Shown here: piece by piece, positions 26,405-36,088 of the stretch
Numbering within the stretch: the first letter of the stretch is position 1
How the letters are laid out: each line of letters starts with the position of its first letter
Source: Gemmatimonadaceae bacterium
GTDB lineage: Bacteria > Gemmatimonadota > Gemmatimonadetes > Gemmatimonadales > Gemmatimonadaceae
Reading direction: 5' to 3'
Length of the DNA: 40,318 nucleotides
Assembly: GCA_031365555.1 (NCBI GenBank)
Contig: JANLYJ010000436.1
Coordinates: 1-40,318 of the forward strand
Made by a program: the position numbers and the translations under genes
The notes under the pieces: model-generated
What the model saw: only the letters and a program-made list of their open reading frames with translations
The model's database searches: none
What the model was told of the DNA's origin: nothing

Positions 26405-28569
26405 CGCCGAAGCCCTACCAGAAGTACAAGTAGTTGAAAGCCGGACCGCTCACTGGGTTCGGCTTCAATTTTGTGGCGCTGGTTTGCTGCGGCCGCAATC
26501 TCGCGCACAAAGTCTTCGTCCGGGTGCCAGTGGGCCGACAGCTCCCGCATTCTCTTTTCAGTGGCAACGCTTTGAAACCCTGAGAGTGATTTGCGAGCCT
26601 GATCCAGTGAGACTGCCGCCCTGGCGCGCTGAGGGATTTTTATTCGATGTGACGCACGGCTGATTTGCCGGGCAATCTTGCGTCGCGCGGAAGATGCGGC
26701 GGGACTTACGTTCAGTCGCGCGGCGAGCAGCCGTTGGTCTGCCCATGCCTCAATACGCTCGGCGATTTCACGAACGAGTGATAAAGTGAGAGGCCGATCT
26801 TCCGAGCTGAGGAATTCTAAAGTCGAAACCAGGTCACGCGGGTCATCACTAATTCTCACGCCGGAGCCGCAAATCAGGTGCGCTCCGCTGTCGTCAGAAT
26901 AAACGGCGACAAAACAGTCACTGGGTGATGCGGTGGCGGCAACCAACGGCAATGAATCCATCGTTTCCGCAGGGCCGGTGGTCCAGGATGCCAGTTGTTG
27001 GTGGAGAAGCTCATTTGCATCTGGAACCGAAAGTGAATCGCCCGGTATTGATTCGTCTCCAGCGCCAACACAGGCCTGCGTGAGTACTGACTTCTCGAGG
27101 AGTCGTTGTTCGATATGCAGCAGAGACTCCGTAATCACTGGAGTCCTGATCGTATGAATGAACACCCGGCTATGCGTGGAACCGGTCCGCGCTATTCGTC
27201 CGACTCGCTGTTCAATTCGCGCCGGAGTCCAGGGCATGTCGAGGTGTACGACGACGCCTGCATCCTGCAAATTGAGTCCTTCGCTGCACAGGTCGGTAGC
27301 AATCAGCATGGTGATCTGCTCGCGGGCTGGAGGCTCGGGGCTTCCAGTCCCGCGCGGTGCAAAACGGCTGATGACATCGTGCCGCGAAACACGTCCTGAT
27401 GCTATCTCGCACCTGCCGGCGGTAACCAGCGCAATCTTCCCGTCGCGAGACATGAGTCGGTACAGAGCAGTGGCGGTCGAGGCGAACTGCGTGAATGCGA
27501 CGATCTTCCGGTCTCCGTACGTTCGTCGCAAGTCTCGGAGATAGTCTGCCCGCCATAAATCGGTCGAGACGGATCGATCCAAAAAGTCGAGCAGCTCACG
27601 CGTTGCGATCTCATGCTCGACCACTGCCTTCCGCAAGGATACGCTCCCGCCCGCTGCAGCCAGTAATTCTGGAAACCCGAGCTGAACGTCGAGGTCGGCG
27701 GTGATCCATGACGCGATTTCTCTTCGTGTAGGGAAGGTGCCGCAGTCTAGGGCCGCTATGAGAGCGGTCGCCCGCGCAATTCTGGTCTTCAACCCCTCCC
27801 GGAGTGCTGCATCACTGGACGCCCACTGTCTGAGGAGCGTGAACTGGACGAGCGTTGGAGCTTCATCTCCATCCCGCGGTGGAACGGGAGGAGGCAACGC
27901 GATGAGCTTACGATGGACATCGTCTGATGCAGACGGACCGCTAATCTCGACGTGCACCCGGCCTGGAATTCCCCGGATCCCTGCGCGCCCACGACTCCGT
28001 CTTATCACGCAATGCGCGAGCTCGGCCGAGCTCAGGTCCGATGCGCTGCTGCCGAGAAAGAGCGAAAGAAGGGAAGTCAGATCCTTCGCCGTATTGTGCA
28101 ATGGGGTCGCCGAGAGAAGAAGAACATCGGCTTGTGCGATGAATGCTGCAATGTTGCGAAATCGAACGGTGGCAGGATTGCGCAGGTGGTGCGCTTCGTC
28201 GATTACGACAAGCTGCGATGTGGACGCTGGCTGCGATGTTCGGCTGAATTGTTCGAGCGACATTACCTGGGCTGCCAGCTGGGATCGCAGCAGTGCACCC
28301 TTCCACATTGGAAGCAGAGCGGCCGGAGCAATCACAAGTGCAGACTCGAAGCGTCGCATTACCGCGGCGGCAGTAAAAGTTTTACCGAGTCCGACCTCAT
28401 CGCATAGCAGGGCACCGCCATACTTCGCAATCGAGACAAGAATCCGGGTCACTCCATCGGCTTGGTGATCTCGAAGCTGAATGCTACCCAGCCGCTCATT
28501 GCGACGAGGCGATGGGAGGATGAACGCTGCAACCGCCGACTTTGCAGCGCGCACTGACACGATGCTCAC
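26401..28569 (-). CDS. SNF2-like SF2 helicase / ATPase
   Basis: DEVGLGKT (I), DEAHH (II), SATP (III), SEGLNLQ (V), EQRVGRIAR (VI). Confidence 0.9.
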   Translation of the reverse strand: MSIVSVRAAKSAVAAFILPSPRRNERLGSIQLRDHQADGVTRILVSIAKYGGALLCDEVGLGKTFTAAAVMRRFESALVIAPAALLPMWKGALLRSQLAAQVMSLEQFSRTSQPASTSQLVVIDEAHHLRNPATVRFRNIAAFIAQADVLLLSATPLHNTAKDLTSLLSLFLGSSASDLSSAELAHCVIRRSRGRAGIRGIPGRVHVEISGPSASDDVHRKLIALPPPVPPRDGDEAPTLVQFTLLRQWASSDAALREGLKTRIARATALIAALDCGTFPTRREIASWITADLDVQLGFPELLAAAGGSVSLRKAVVEHEIATRELLDFLDRSVSTDLWRADYLRDLRRTYGDRKIVAFTQFASTATALYRLMSRDGKIALVTAGRCEIASGRVSRHDVISRFAPRGTGSPEPPAREQITMLIATDLCSEGLNLQDAGVVVHLDMPWTPARIEQRVGRIARTGSTHSRVFIHTIRTPVITESLLHIEQRLLEKSVLTQACVGAGDESIPGDSLSVPDANELLHQQLASWTTGPAETMDSLPLVAATASPSDCFVAVYSDDSGAHLICGSGVRISDDPRDLVSTLEFLSSEDRPLTLSLVREIAERIEAWADQRLLAARLNVSPAASSARRKIARQISRASHRIKIPQRARAAVSLDQARKSLSGFQSVATEKRMRELSAHWHPDEDFVREIAAAANQRHKIEAEPSERSGFQLLVLLVGLRR

Positions 28570-31500
28570 TTGTGCGTCCAGGCCATCATGTCATGTACAT
28601 CGTCTGGCGAAAGGCCAAATACCTTCAACGACTTGAGAAAGAGATCGTGAGGGTCAGGTGGGTCTCCCGCTGCCGAACGCGCATAAATATCCGCGAGGCT
28701 GCGTCTGTGCTTATTCCAGTCGCGTGGAACTGGCATCATCGCCATCGTCCATCCCAGATAGCGGTTGTATCCGCCCTGAGCTGGCTCCGCGATCAGTGAC
28801 AACCACGCCGCGATGAGAGGACTATTGAGTAAGGTCGCGAGTGCCTGGCTATCTACTTCAGATTTGCACCGTACGACGTAACAGGTATTTAGTGGAACGG
28901 CCGGGTTACCTGCTGCAATTACTGCGGCCCTGGGAGATCGGCCGATATCCGACCATACCACACGATGTGTGCTGGAGTCAGCCGCCTCGGTACGAAACAG
29001 TTTCCACCACTGTTTGTCTCTTCTTGCATCGGCTCTTTGCAGCAGCGGTTTCTTCCACCTTTCAAGCCAGCATGCTGCAAGCGGTGGAAGATTCTGCAGC
29101 GGTTCCCCTCGTTCGCCATGTGTCCAGATGATCTTCTCGTCCGCCGCATTGAGTTTCCACGCTTCGATTGATTCTCCCTTGATGACAGGGCGTAGCAGCT
29201 CGGCTTCCACATCCCGACTCGTCACAATGAAGGCTTCGTTCAAACCCGTCTTCACGCCGAGAATCGGGCGTCCGAGCGCGCTCTCGGCGAGCGGAATTCC
29301 ACGAGATGCAATCTTGTCGAACCCCGAGCGAACCTCTCCGGGAAGCAACATCCACGGACTGCCTGGTGACTGCTCGAGGGGCAGCATGTCGCTGCTCATT
29401 TTCCAATGAAGTACTTCCTCGCGCCTGTGAACTACTGCATTGAGCGCGGAATAGCCTGGTGCTGTCGATGCCTGTTCCTTGCGAGCGACAAGAAGTGAGG
29501 GATAGGTCGTAGCATCGAACATTGCTCGCGCTCCTGAGAAATCTTCAAGCAGCTCCATCGCACAGGTTCTCCTTACAAGTGCGCGAACGCTTCCGCCTGC
29601 GAGCGACTTCCAGAGCTTGGCCGGAAGCAGGAGCGCGATGCGGCCTCCATCGCGTGAGATCGCAATGGAGCGTTCAACGAAAAGAGCCGAAAGATCTATC
29701 TGGTGCGCGAAGCCACGCCCAGCTGCCGCCCTTTCAGCCCCGATGCTCCAGCCTCCCATCTTGAAGATCTCGAAGTGATTCCGCAGCGATGCCCTTGTCG
29801 TCTTGGCAATCTGGTGAAGGCGAACCCATGGCGGATTACCGATGACTATGTCAAAGCCGCCGTTTTCGAATACGTCACCGAAGTGGGTTTCAAACGCGAA
29901 CGGAAGCGCGCCGCCATTCTTGATTGTTTCAGCGATCAGCCTCACTTCCGCTTTTCGAGTCCTCAGCAGTTTCAAGCTCGCGCTGTGCTGAGCCGAGGCT
30001 TGCCGTTCGCCAAATAGATTTGGAGAGCGTATCGCGGTTATCAAATCTTTTCGCTCCTCTGCTATCGAATCCAGCTCCATCTCGATCGATACGATTGCAC
30101 TGCGGCGTTCAAGGCGTTCCAGTCTCCGGACAAGCAGCTTTTTTCGCGTCCCAACTGAATGGACATATCGAACCCTCGTTCGTTCGATTTCGCGTGATCT
30201 GGTGAAGCCTGGACGAGTTGCCCGTTGAGCCCCCAGCGAATCACCAACGCGAATGTTCCGGTCCAGGTTGGGTAGCGGAACTATCGTGGCTCCCTCCGTA
30301 TGAATTACAACCGACAACCATAGGCGCAGCTCGCAGAGCCACACAGCCGTGGGATTGATGTCGACGCCGAAAATTGATTTGGCCAGCACATCGCGGCGGC
30401 GGTCGCTGATTGACCGACTGTCACCATGCTGTCCGCGAAGGTCGGCGAGTTTTTCAAGCAGATACACCAGGAAGGCGCCGGAACCACACGCCGGGTCGAT
30501 GACACGTATCCGGTCGAGACTTCCGCCGCCGTGCGTATTTATCCAAGCTTCAACAGCGCAGTCCGACACACGCTGAACCAGTGCGTGAGGGGTGTAGTAA
30601 GCGCCGCTCGATTTTCTGGATTCACGCTGCATCAATGACTCGAATGCGCGCCCGAGGATCTCAGGGTCGATGGCTGAATCCGTCAGATCAACAGACTGCT
30701 CGAGCCCGCTGAAGCGGAATCGTGTCAGCAGGTCGCCGAACACCTGACCGATCGCATCGTCGGTGAATTCAAATGCTCGGCGCTGCTCCAGGCGGGTGCG
30801 GCCGAACAGTCCGCCATTGAGGAAGGGTACACGGCCAAAGGCGCGCGCCCGCGGTGCGCGCCTACCTTCCGGCGTGTTCAGCGTTCCAAAGAAAAGCGGG
30901 GTTAAAACTTTCTTGTGGTATGACCCACCCGAGGTCATGCACTGAATGAAAGTGTTCGAAAGAAAATCGTGGTCGCCATTGAGCCAGCCCTTTGTCTCCA
31001 CGAACGAGAGGAAGAGCAGCCGTGACACGTACACCAGCGAAAGTTCATCGGCGTCCGGGCGCGGGACGGCAGGGGTCAGTGAGATGCTCAGTTCCTCGAC
31101 TACTCGACGCAGCGCCCGGAAAAACTTTATCGTGAGAGCTTCGCGCCCGAGAATTTCGGTCCAGCGCAAATGTGTCAGCGAATCAGATGCGGATACCCCC
31201 GCCACCATCGCGCACATCGTTTGAGAGTCGCTTTCGGCAATGTGCTGAGGATCGGTGATCAGCGCACACACACGAATCCGGTTGCCGTCCAGGCACCATA
31301 CAGAGATTCCAACATGGGAGTTTCCGTCTGTCGAAAGCACCAGCCAGAGAAGGTGCGGTACGCTCGCTGAAAGTCGCCTTGCAATGGCGGCAAGAGTTTC
31401 CCTGGGCGGATCCTGAGGACGGAGCTGCGCGATCAGGATGCGAAGGGTTCCGGCGCCTTCGCCTACCTGAAACCCGTCCGCAATGCCGGCGAGTCCAAGT

Positions 31501-31625
31501 TTGTCGCGGAGATCGGCGCCGACGGGAGTCGTACGTGTACTGCCGAACATCTTTGCGCAGAGAACGAGCCCCTCACTAGTCCGGGCTCCTTCAAGAAGTC
31601 GTCTTGCTTCCGCATCCGATAGCAC
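28566..31625 (-). CDS. Large N6-adenine DNA methyltransferase (Eco57I / Type IIG-like)
   Basis: PFLNGGLF, GAYYTP, DPACGSGAFL, GVDIN, GNPPW; C-terminal TaqI-C-like target-recognition region (GVKTG.N..F, LLNS). Confidence 0.9.
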   Translation of the reverse strand: MLSDAEARRLLEGARTSEGLVLCAKMFGSTRTTPVGADLRDKLGLAGIADGFQVGEGAGTLRILIAQLRPQDPPRETLAAIARRLSASVPHLLWLVLSTDGNSHVGISVWCLDGNRIRVCALITDPQHIAESDSQTMCAMVAGVSASDSLTHLRWTEILGREALTIKFFRALRRVVEELSISLTPAVPRPDADELSLVYVSRLLFLSFVETKGWLNGDHDFLSNTFIQCMTSGGSYHKKVLTPLFFGTLNTPEGRRAPRARAFGRVPFLNGGLFGRTRLEQRRAFEFTDDAIGQVFGDLLTRFRFSGLEQSVDLTDSAIDPEILGRAFESLMQRESRKSSGAYYTPHALVQRVSDCAVEAWINTHGGGSLDRIRVIDPACGSGAFLVYLLEKLADLRGQHGDSRSISDRRRDVLAKSIFGVDINPTAVWLCELRLWLSVVIHTEGATIVPLPNLDRNIRVGDSLGAQRATRPGFTRSREIERTRVRYVHSVGTRKKLLVRRLERLERRSAIVSIEMELDSIAEERKDLITAIRSPNLFGERQASAQHSASLKLLRTRKAEVRLIAETIKNGGALPFAFETHFGDVFENGGFDIVIGNPPWVRLHQIAKTTRASLRNHFEIFKMGGWSIGAERAAAGRGFAHQIDLSALFVERSIAISRDGGRIALLLPAKLWKSLAGGSVRALVRRTCAMELLEDFSGARAMFDATTYPSLLVARKEQASTAPGYSALNAVVHRREEVLHWKMSSDMLPLEQSPGSPWMLLPGEVRSGFDKIASRGIPLAESALGRPILGVKTGLNEAFIVTSRDVEAELLRPVIKGESIEAWKLNAADEKIIWTHGERGEPLQNLPPLAACWLERWKKPLLQRADARRDKQWWKLFRTEAADSSTHRVVWSDIGRSPRAAVIAAGNPAVPLNTCYVVRCKSEVDSQALATLLNSPLIAAWLSLIAEPAQGGYNRYLGWTMAMMPVPRDWNKHRRSLADIYARSAAGDPPDPHDLFLKSLKVFGLSPDDVHDMMAWTHK

Positions 31626-31696
31626 TCGCGAACAATTGCGTTGCGCGGTTCAGGAGTGCGCATCGTTCGCGCTCGCGTGGAATCAGGAACGAATGG

Positions 31697-33061
31697 CTAC
31701 TTCGCTTTTAGTACCTTGAACTTTGTCCAGATTAAAATGGTTGTGCAGTTCTCCAGGTACGCGTACTCCGCGGGAACGTCGAGGGGGTGATAAACCTCGA
31801 TGGCAGCGATCCGCGCGGGGAGCACTGCTTCATCTACGTAGCCCGGACTGCTCATGATCCACTCGGTACCGTCGATAAACATTCTCAGACACGCCTGCTC
31901 GATTGTGCTTTTTGCATCTCGGGTGGATTTGATGAAGCCCCGGCCTTTTGCCGGATCTGGAGTGAGCCCGTAGACTCGGCCCAGGATTTCGGACAAACGC
32001 GGGTTTCGCGCCTTCTCGATGTCTGCGGCGAGCAAGAACGTCCCGAGCCCTACTTCTTTCCGGCGGGTGAATCCGACACGAGCCAGTCCTACATTTGCGC
32101 TGGCGAGCACGCGCACGTCCTCAAGCACGGGGACTGACTTTGACATTGTGTAGTCCACACGCGCTGTTCTTTTTGGGGTCACCAGGATCGGAAGTGCAAC
32201 GGGAGCAAACCCTATTTTGCGCGCGACAAGTATCTGAGTGCCGGTGGGAATGTTGGTGACTGTGAACAGTCCGGTGGAATCAGTCATCGTAGAAAGATCG
32301 GTTCCTTCGACGCCGATGAACGCGCCGGGAACACCTTTTCCTGCACTGTCGGCGATTTTTCCGCCCACGGAGCTAGATGCGCGGCTGTCTGCACTCCTGA
32401 TTGCGATATCAGTCAGGGCAACCCGCGTACTTCCGATTTCAACTTCCATGTCCGGGGCATCGATCCCGCTGCGGGATGCATGCACTCTGACTGGAACATC
32501 GATTGGCAGAGCACATGCCTTGAAAATTCCCGCATCATCAGTCACGGCCACTACTGCGTGAGGAGTAAGCTCGAGCTTCTTCTTGCCTCTCACTTCATAG
32601 TCCGTCCATCGAAACGATACATGCGAACCGGAAACTGGAAGGCCTGAATCGGGGTCTATCACACGGCCTGTCATCAAACCGGTTGGCTTATCGTTCGGTC
32701 GCGCGTTGCACAGCTGCTGCAAAAGGGACCGTGCCGACGGAACTGCAAAGAGCATTATCCCTACGCTGTCTGAACCGAGGTTGAAGGGATAAGAGCCAAT
32801 GGAAATTCCAAGAGTCTCGAGGAGGGGATGAAAAACACCGAGCTGTTTGGTTCCGGGAACAACACTGTCGAAGCGAAACCGGCCAAGTGAATCAGTCAGC
32901 GCGACAGCAGCTGTCCCGGTGATCGTGATTTCGGCGCCGGCGAGCCACCCTCCATGCAAGCTGTCGACAACAGCGCCTGCGACACTCCCGGTGTTCTGGG
33001 CCACAGAATCCGCAGGGTATGCGAACAGGGAGAAGGCGAGTAACGCAATGACCGGCTTCAT
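31697..33061 (-). CDS. Secreted protein with tandem carboxypeptidase-regulatory-like domains and a C-terminal plug-like domain
   Basis: Signal peptide; three G.V.D...P..GA...TD..G.F repeats; C..FIDG...I.AIEVY...C..ILIWTK tail. Confidence 0.8.
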   Translation of the reverse strand: MKPVIALLAFSLFAYPADSVAQNTGSVAGAVVDSLHGGWLAGAEITITGTAAVALTDSLGRFRFDSVVPGTKQLGVFHPLLETLGISIGSYPFNLGSDSVGIMLFAVPSARSLLQQLCNARPNDKPTGLMTGRVIDPDSGLPVSGSHVSFRWTDYEVRGKKKLELTPHAVVAVTDDAGIFKACALPIDVPVRVHASRSGIDAPDMEVEIGSTRVALTDIAIRSADSRASSSVGGKIADSAGKGVPGAFIGVEGTDLSTMTDSTGLFTVTNIPTGTQILVARKIGFAPVALPILVTPKRTARVDYTMSKSVPVLEDVRVLASANVGLARVGFTRRKEVGLGTFLLAADIEKARNPRLSEILGRVYGLTPDPAKGRGFIKSTRDAKSTIEQACLRMFIDGTEWIMSSPGYVDEAVLPARIAAIEVYHPLDVPAEYAYLENCTTILIWTKFKVLKAK

Positions 33062-33114
33062 TACCTGATATTCTCAGGTCGCGTCGGAGCAGACGCAAGT
33101 TTTATATAAAGGAG

Positions 33115-33202
33115 GCTTCTTGCCGACGCCTGAGGTGTGTCCTCCCCGCACTCAGGGCCAGGCCACCGGGTACTCGGTCCGCCTGAGCCGGTCAGAAGAA
33201 GC
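33115..33202 (+). ncRNA. Candidate three-way-junction RNA / leader upstream of the LD-carboxypeptidase operon
   Basis: CTTCT-T-GCCG/CGGT-C-AGAAG closing stem, CCTGAG/CTCAGG and CAGGC/GCCTG arms; a TATATA -10-like element lies just upstream. Confidence 0.35.
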
Positions 33203-33257
33203 GACGCATGTGCCATATTTCGTCTGTCTCATGAACCACTGCGAATAAACTCTACTC

Positions 33258-34193
33258 ATGACAATATCGAGCTACACAGCTGTATGGCCGGCTCCAGTAA
33301 CGCGTGATTCGCATGTTGCTCTTGTTTCGCCGTCTGGTCCCGTTCGCACCAGGGACGACATTGGTCTGGCCGAGCAAAACGCGCGCGAAATTGGATGGCA
33401 GCCAGTCGCCGCAGCAAACGTCGCCAGAAAGTCCGCCTATCTGGCCGGCGACGACGCACAGCGTGCCATGGATCTGAATACTGCATTTCGTGATGACACC
33501 ATCGCCGCCCTGTGGTGCGTGCGCGGGGGTTACGGCGCAATGCGCATCCTCGATGATCTCGATTTCAATGCCTTCATCCGCAAGCCGAAGGCACTTATCG
33601 GATACTCGGACATCACCGCACTTCACGCAGCGATTGCTTCCAAGTGCGAAGTTGTCAGCTTCCATGGACCGACCGCCCGCGGGAAGCATTCGGACTTCTC
33701 GCGCGACTCGTTCGTGAGTGCGATCGTGAGGCAGGAGAATTCATGCGGGGTCTGGCCCGCGGCGCGCACGGTGCGTACGGGCTCCGTCAGGGGAAGACTT
33801 GCCGGCGGAAACCTCTCGCTTGTTGCATCCCTGGTCGGGACGGATTACGAGATCGATTTGACCGACTCGATTCTTGTTGTCGAAGACATCAATGAGGCGG
33901 TGTACCGGGTGGACAGGATGATGCACCAGCTCCTGCTGTCCGGGTCTCTAGATAACTGCGCTGGAATTGCTGCCGGTGATTTTACGCTTCCGGCGGACGA
34001 TACGGATGCAGTCGACCGGTCTGTTGACGATGTGTTTGGTGAAATTGCAGAGCGGCTCGGAATTCCGTGCGTTACAGGACTTCCGTTCGGCCACATAGAA
34101 GACCAGTGGACTATTCCGCTTGGAGCCGCGGCGGACCTCGACACTGAAACGAAGCGACTCGACATAATCACGCCCAACAAACCGACATCATGA
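33258..34193 (+). CDS. ldcA: LD-carboxypeptidase (S66 family)
   Basis: RGGYG, GYSDIT (catalytic Ser), HGP, GGNL, ED..E, FGH...PLG. Confidence 0.93.
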   Translation: MTISSYTAVWPAPVTRDSHVALVSPSGPVRTRDDIGLAEQNAREIGWQPVAAANVARKSAYLAGDDAQRAMDLNTAFRDDTIAALWCVRGGYGAMRILDDLDFNAFIRKPKALIGYSDITALHAAIASKCEVVSFHGPTARGKHSDFSRDSFVSAIVRQENSCGVWPAARTVRTGSVRGRLAGGNLSLVASLVGTDYEIDLTDSILVVEDINEAVYRVDRMMHQLLLSGSLDNCAGIAAGDFTLPADDTDAVDRSVDDVFGEIAERLGIPCVTGLPFGHIEDQWTIPLGAAADLDTETKRLDIITPNKPTS

Positions 34194-34552
34194 CTTTCAA
34201 GACCGGCGCCGACCTCGTCGATGAGGCGCGGCAGCGCATCCAGGAAATCTCGCCCAAGGAAACCAGGGCCCTGCACACGAACAAGGACGATGTCGTTTTT
34301 CTGGACGTTCGGGAGCCCAATGAATGGAACCTCGGCCGTATTCCAGGAGCAGTTCATCTTCCGCGAGGCAATCTGGAGAGCAAGGTCGAAGGGGTGATAG
34401 ACAGGGCGCAGCGAGTGATTGTTTACTGCGCACGGGCAAATCGTTCGGCACTTGCCGCTGATACGATGCAACAGATGGGATACGGAAACGTTGCATCCAT
34501 GAGCGAAGGTTTCGGCGGTTGGATTGCAGCCGGCGGAGATGTAGAGGAATGA
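34190..34552 (+). CDS. Rhodanese-like domain protein
   Basis: LDVREPNEW..G.IPGA, YCARANRS, GF.GW. Confidence 0.92.
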   Translation: MTFKTGADLVDEARQRIQEISPKETRALHTNKDDVVFLDVREPNEWNLGRIPGAVHLPRGNLESKVEGVIDRAQRVIVYCARANRSALAADTMQQMGYGNVASMSEGFGGWIAAGGDVEE

Positions 34553-35370
34553 TCCGCGAAGATTCGTTTACACTGCATCGTCCCGGTGGACTCACCATTC
34601 GAGGGGAGACATTCGCGGAGGACGAGAGAGCCAAACGCACTGTCGTCATCTGTCACGGTTTCAAGGGATTTGCGCATTGGGGCTTTTTCCCTCACCTCGC
34701 GCGTGCGGTAGCATCCGCCGGAATGCGCGCAATCACCTTCGATTTTTCCGGGAGTGGCATTGGCGATGACCGGGAATCGTTCGTTGACCCTGACGCATTT
34801 GCAAAGAACACTTTCACTCAGGAGCTGGCTGACCTCGATGCGGTAATCAGGGAGGCCAGGCGGCGTGAGTGGATCACGCAGCCCTATGGACTGCTCGGGC
34901 ATTCGCGAGGAGGCGGTGTAGCGATTCTTCACGCTGCCGCGAATGAGGATGTAAAAGCGCTCGCAACGTGGGCTGCTATTTCCTACGTGGCGCGCTGGAC
35001 GCCGAGCGATGTCATTACGTGGAGAGAACGCGGCTTCGTTGACATATTGAATGCACGCACCGGGCTGGTAATGAAGCTGGGAACTTCGCTGCTCGACGAT
35101 GTTGAAACGCACGCGGGCTCGACCCTCGACATTGCGGCGTCTGCCTCCACGATCCGGGCGCCATGGCTGATCTTGCATGGTGATCAGGATGAAACCGTGC
35201 CTCGTACGGAGGCTGACCGGCTGCACGAGCTGTCGCGCGGAAGCAGCACGCTTCGGATCATTCCGGGAAACCATGGCTTCGGTGCGAAGCATCCCTTTGA
35301 GGAAGTACCGGAAAGCCTTGAGACTGCAATTCGAGTAACACTCGAGTTCTTCGAGCAACATCTCGACTGA
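34549..35370 (+). CDS. Alpha/beta hydrolase
   Basis: CHGFKG, GHSRGG nucleophile elbow, HGDQDETV, GNH.F; ATGA overlap. Confidence 0.9.
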   Translation: MIREDSFTLHRPGGLTIRGETFAEDERAKRTVVICHGFKGFAHWGFFPHLARAVASAGMRAITFDFSGSGIGDDRESFVDPDAFAKNTFTQELADLDAVIREARRREWITQPYGLLGHSRGGGVAILHAAANEDVKALATWAAISYVARWTPSDVITWRERGFVDILNARTGLVMKLGTSLLDDVETHAGSTLDIAASASTIRAPWLILHGDQDETVPRTEADRLHELSRGSSTLRIIPGNHGFGAKHPFEEVPESLETAIRVTLEFFEQHLD

Positions 35371-35371
35371 C

Positions 35372-35971
35372 GTGTCGGAGCCGCTCGATCATCCGCTGAT
35401 TGCGCATGTACGCGAGCGACTTGCGGCACACGTTCCAGTGGAAGACAGAACAAGGGAGGCGCGCCCGGCCGCTGTCGCTATCGTACTTCGGCCCCGCGAG
35501 AGCGACGTAGACATTCTCTTCATCAAGAGGGCGGAGTACGCGCTGGATCCGTGGAGCGGACAGGTTGCGTTCCCAGGCGGACGTCAGGAGTCTGCCGACC
35601 AGGACTTGCTGGAGACGGCGCTCCGTGAAACCAGGGAAGAGATAGGCGTCGACCTTCACGGCCGGTTCGAGCTGCTGGGCCGACTCGACGACCTACATTC
35701 GAAGACGGTGATGCTTCCCAACGTATTTGTCCGCCCCTTCGTGCTTGCAGTCGCGGAACTGGAAGGTTTCCAGCTAAGCTCCGAGGTGGCTAAAGCCTTT
35801 TGGGTGCCAATTTCCTATTTGATGGCGCCGTCGAACTGGCAGCAGACTCAGGTTAGAGCGAGGGGCCTGTACTTCGACGTTCACGCCTGTGAATTCGCGG
35901 GGCAAACCATCTGGGGAATGACGGAAAGGATCCTCACCCAGCTGCTTGGAATAGCCTCCGCGGGCCGTTAG
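35372..35971 (+). CDS. CoA pyrophosphatase-type Nudix hydrolase
   Basis: SGQVAFPGG...TALRETREEIG Nudix box and IWGMT. Confidence 0.92.
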   Translation: MSEPLDHPLIAHVRERLAAHVPVEDRTREARPAAVAIVLRPRESDVDILFIKRAEYALDPWSGQVAFPGGRQESADQDLLETALRETREEIGVDLHGRFELLGRLDDLHSKTVMLPNVFVRPFVLAVAELEGFQLSSEVAKAFWVPISYLMAPSNWQQTQVRARGLYFDVHACEFAGQTIWGMTERILTQLLGIASAGR

Positions 35972-36022
35972 CAGGCTCCGCAGTCACATAAAGATGATAA
36001 AGGGCTTATTCTAGGCAAGCCC

Positions 36023-36050
36023 TTGCATAGAAATTAGGATAACCTAAATT
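36023..36050 (+). promoter_or_regulatory. mntH promoter overlapped by a DtxR/MntR-type operator
   Basis: TTGCAT-N16-TAAATT; palindrome TTAGG-ATAA-CCTAA (36034-36047) resembles DtxR/SirR-family boxes; cognate regulator lies in the operon. Confidence 0.75.
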
Positions 36051-36088
36051 CTTGTTGAGCAAAAACATATCTTTAGCACGAAACGACT

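Noticed and set aside
26401-31696. MTase-helicase pair as a mobile island
   Set aside because: No integrase, transposase, tRNA or flanking direct repeats seen, and no obvious compositional shift by eye.
33125-33190. HDV-like ribozyme suggested by the TCCTCCC loop
   Set aside because: There is no room for P2 between the putative P1 and P3, so the nested double pseudoknot cannot be built.
34423-35361. 312-aa minus strand ORF (also 25502-26389)
   Set aside because: Antisense shadows of motif-supported genes in GC-rich DNA.
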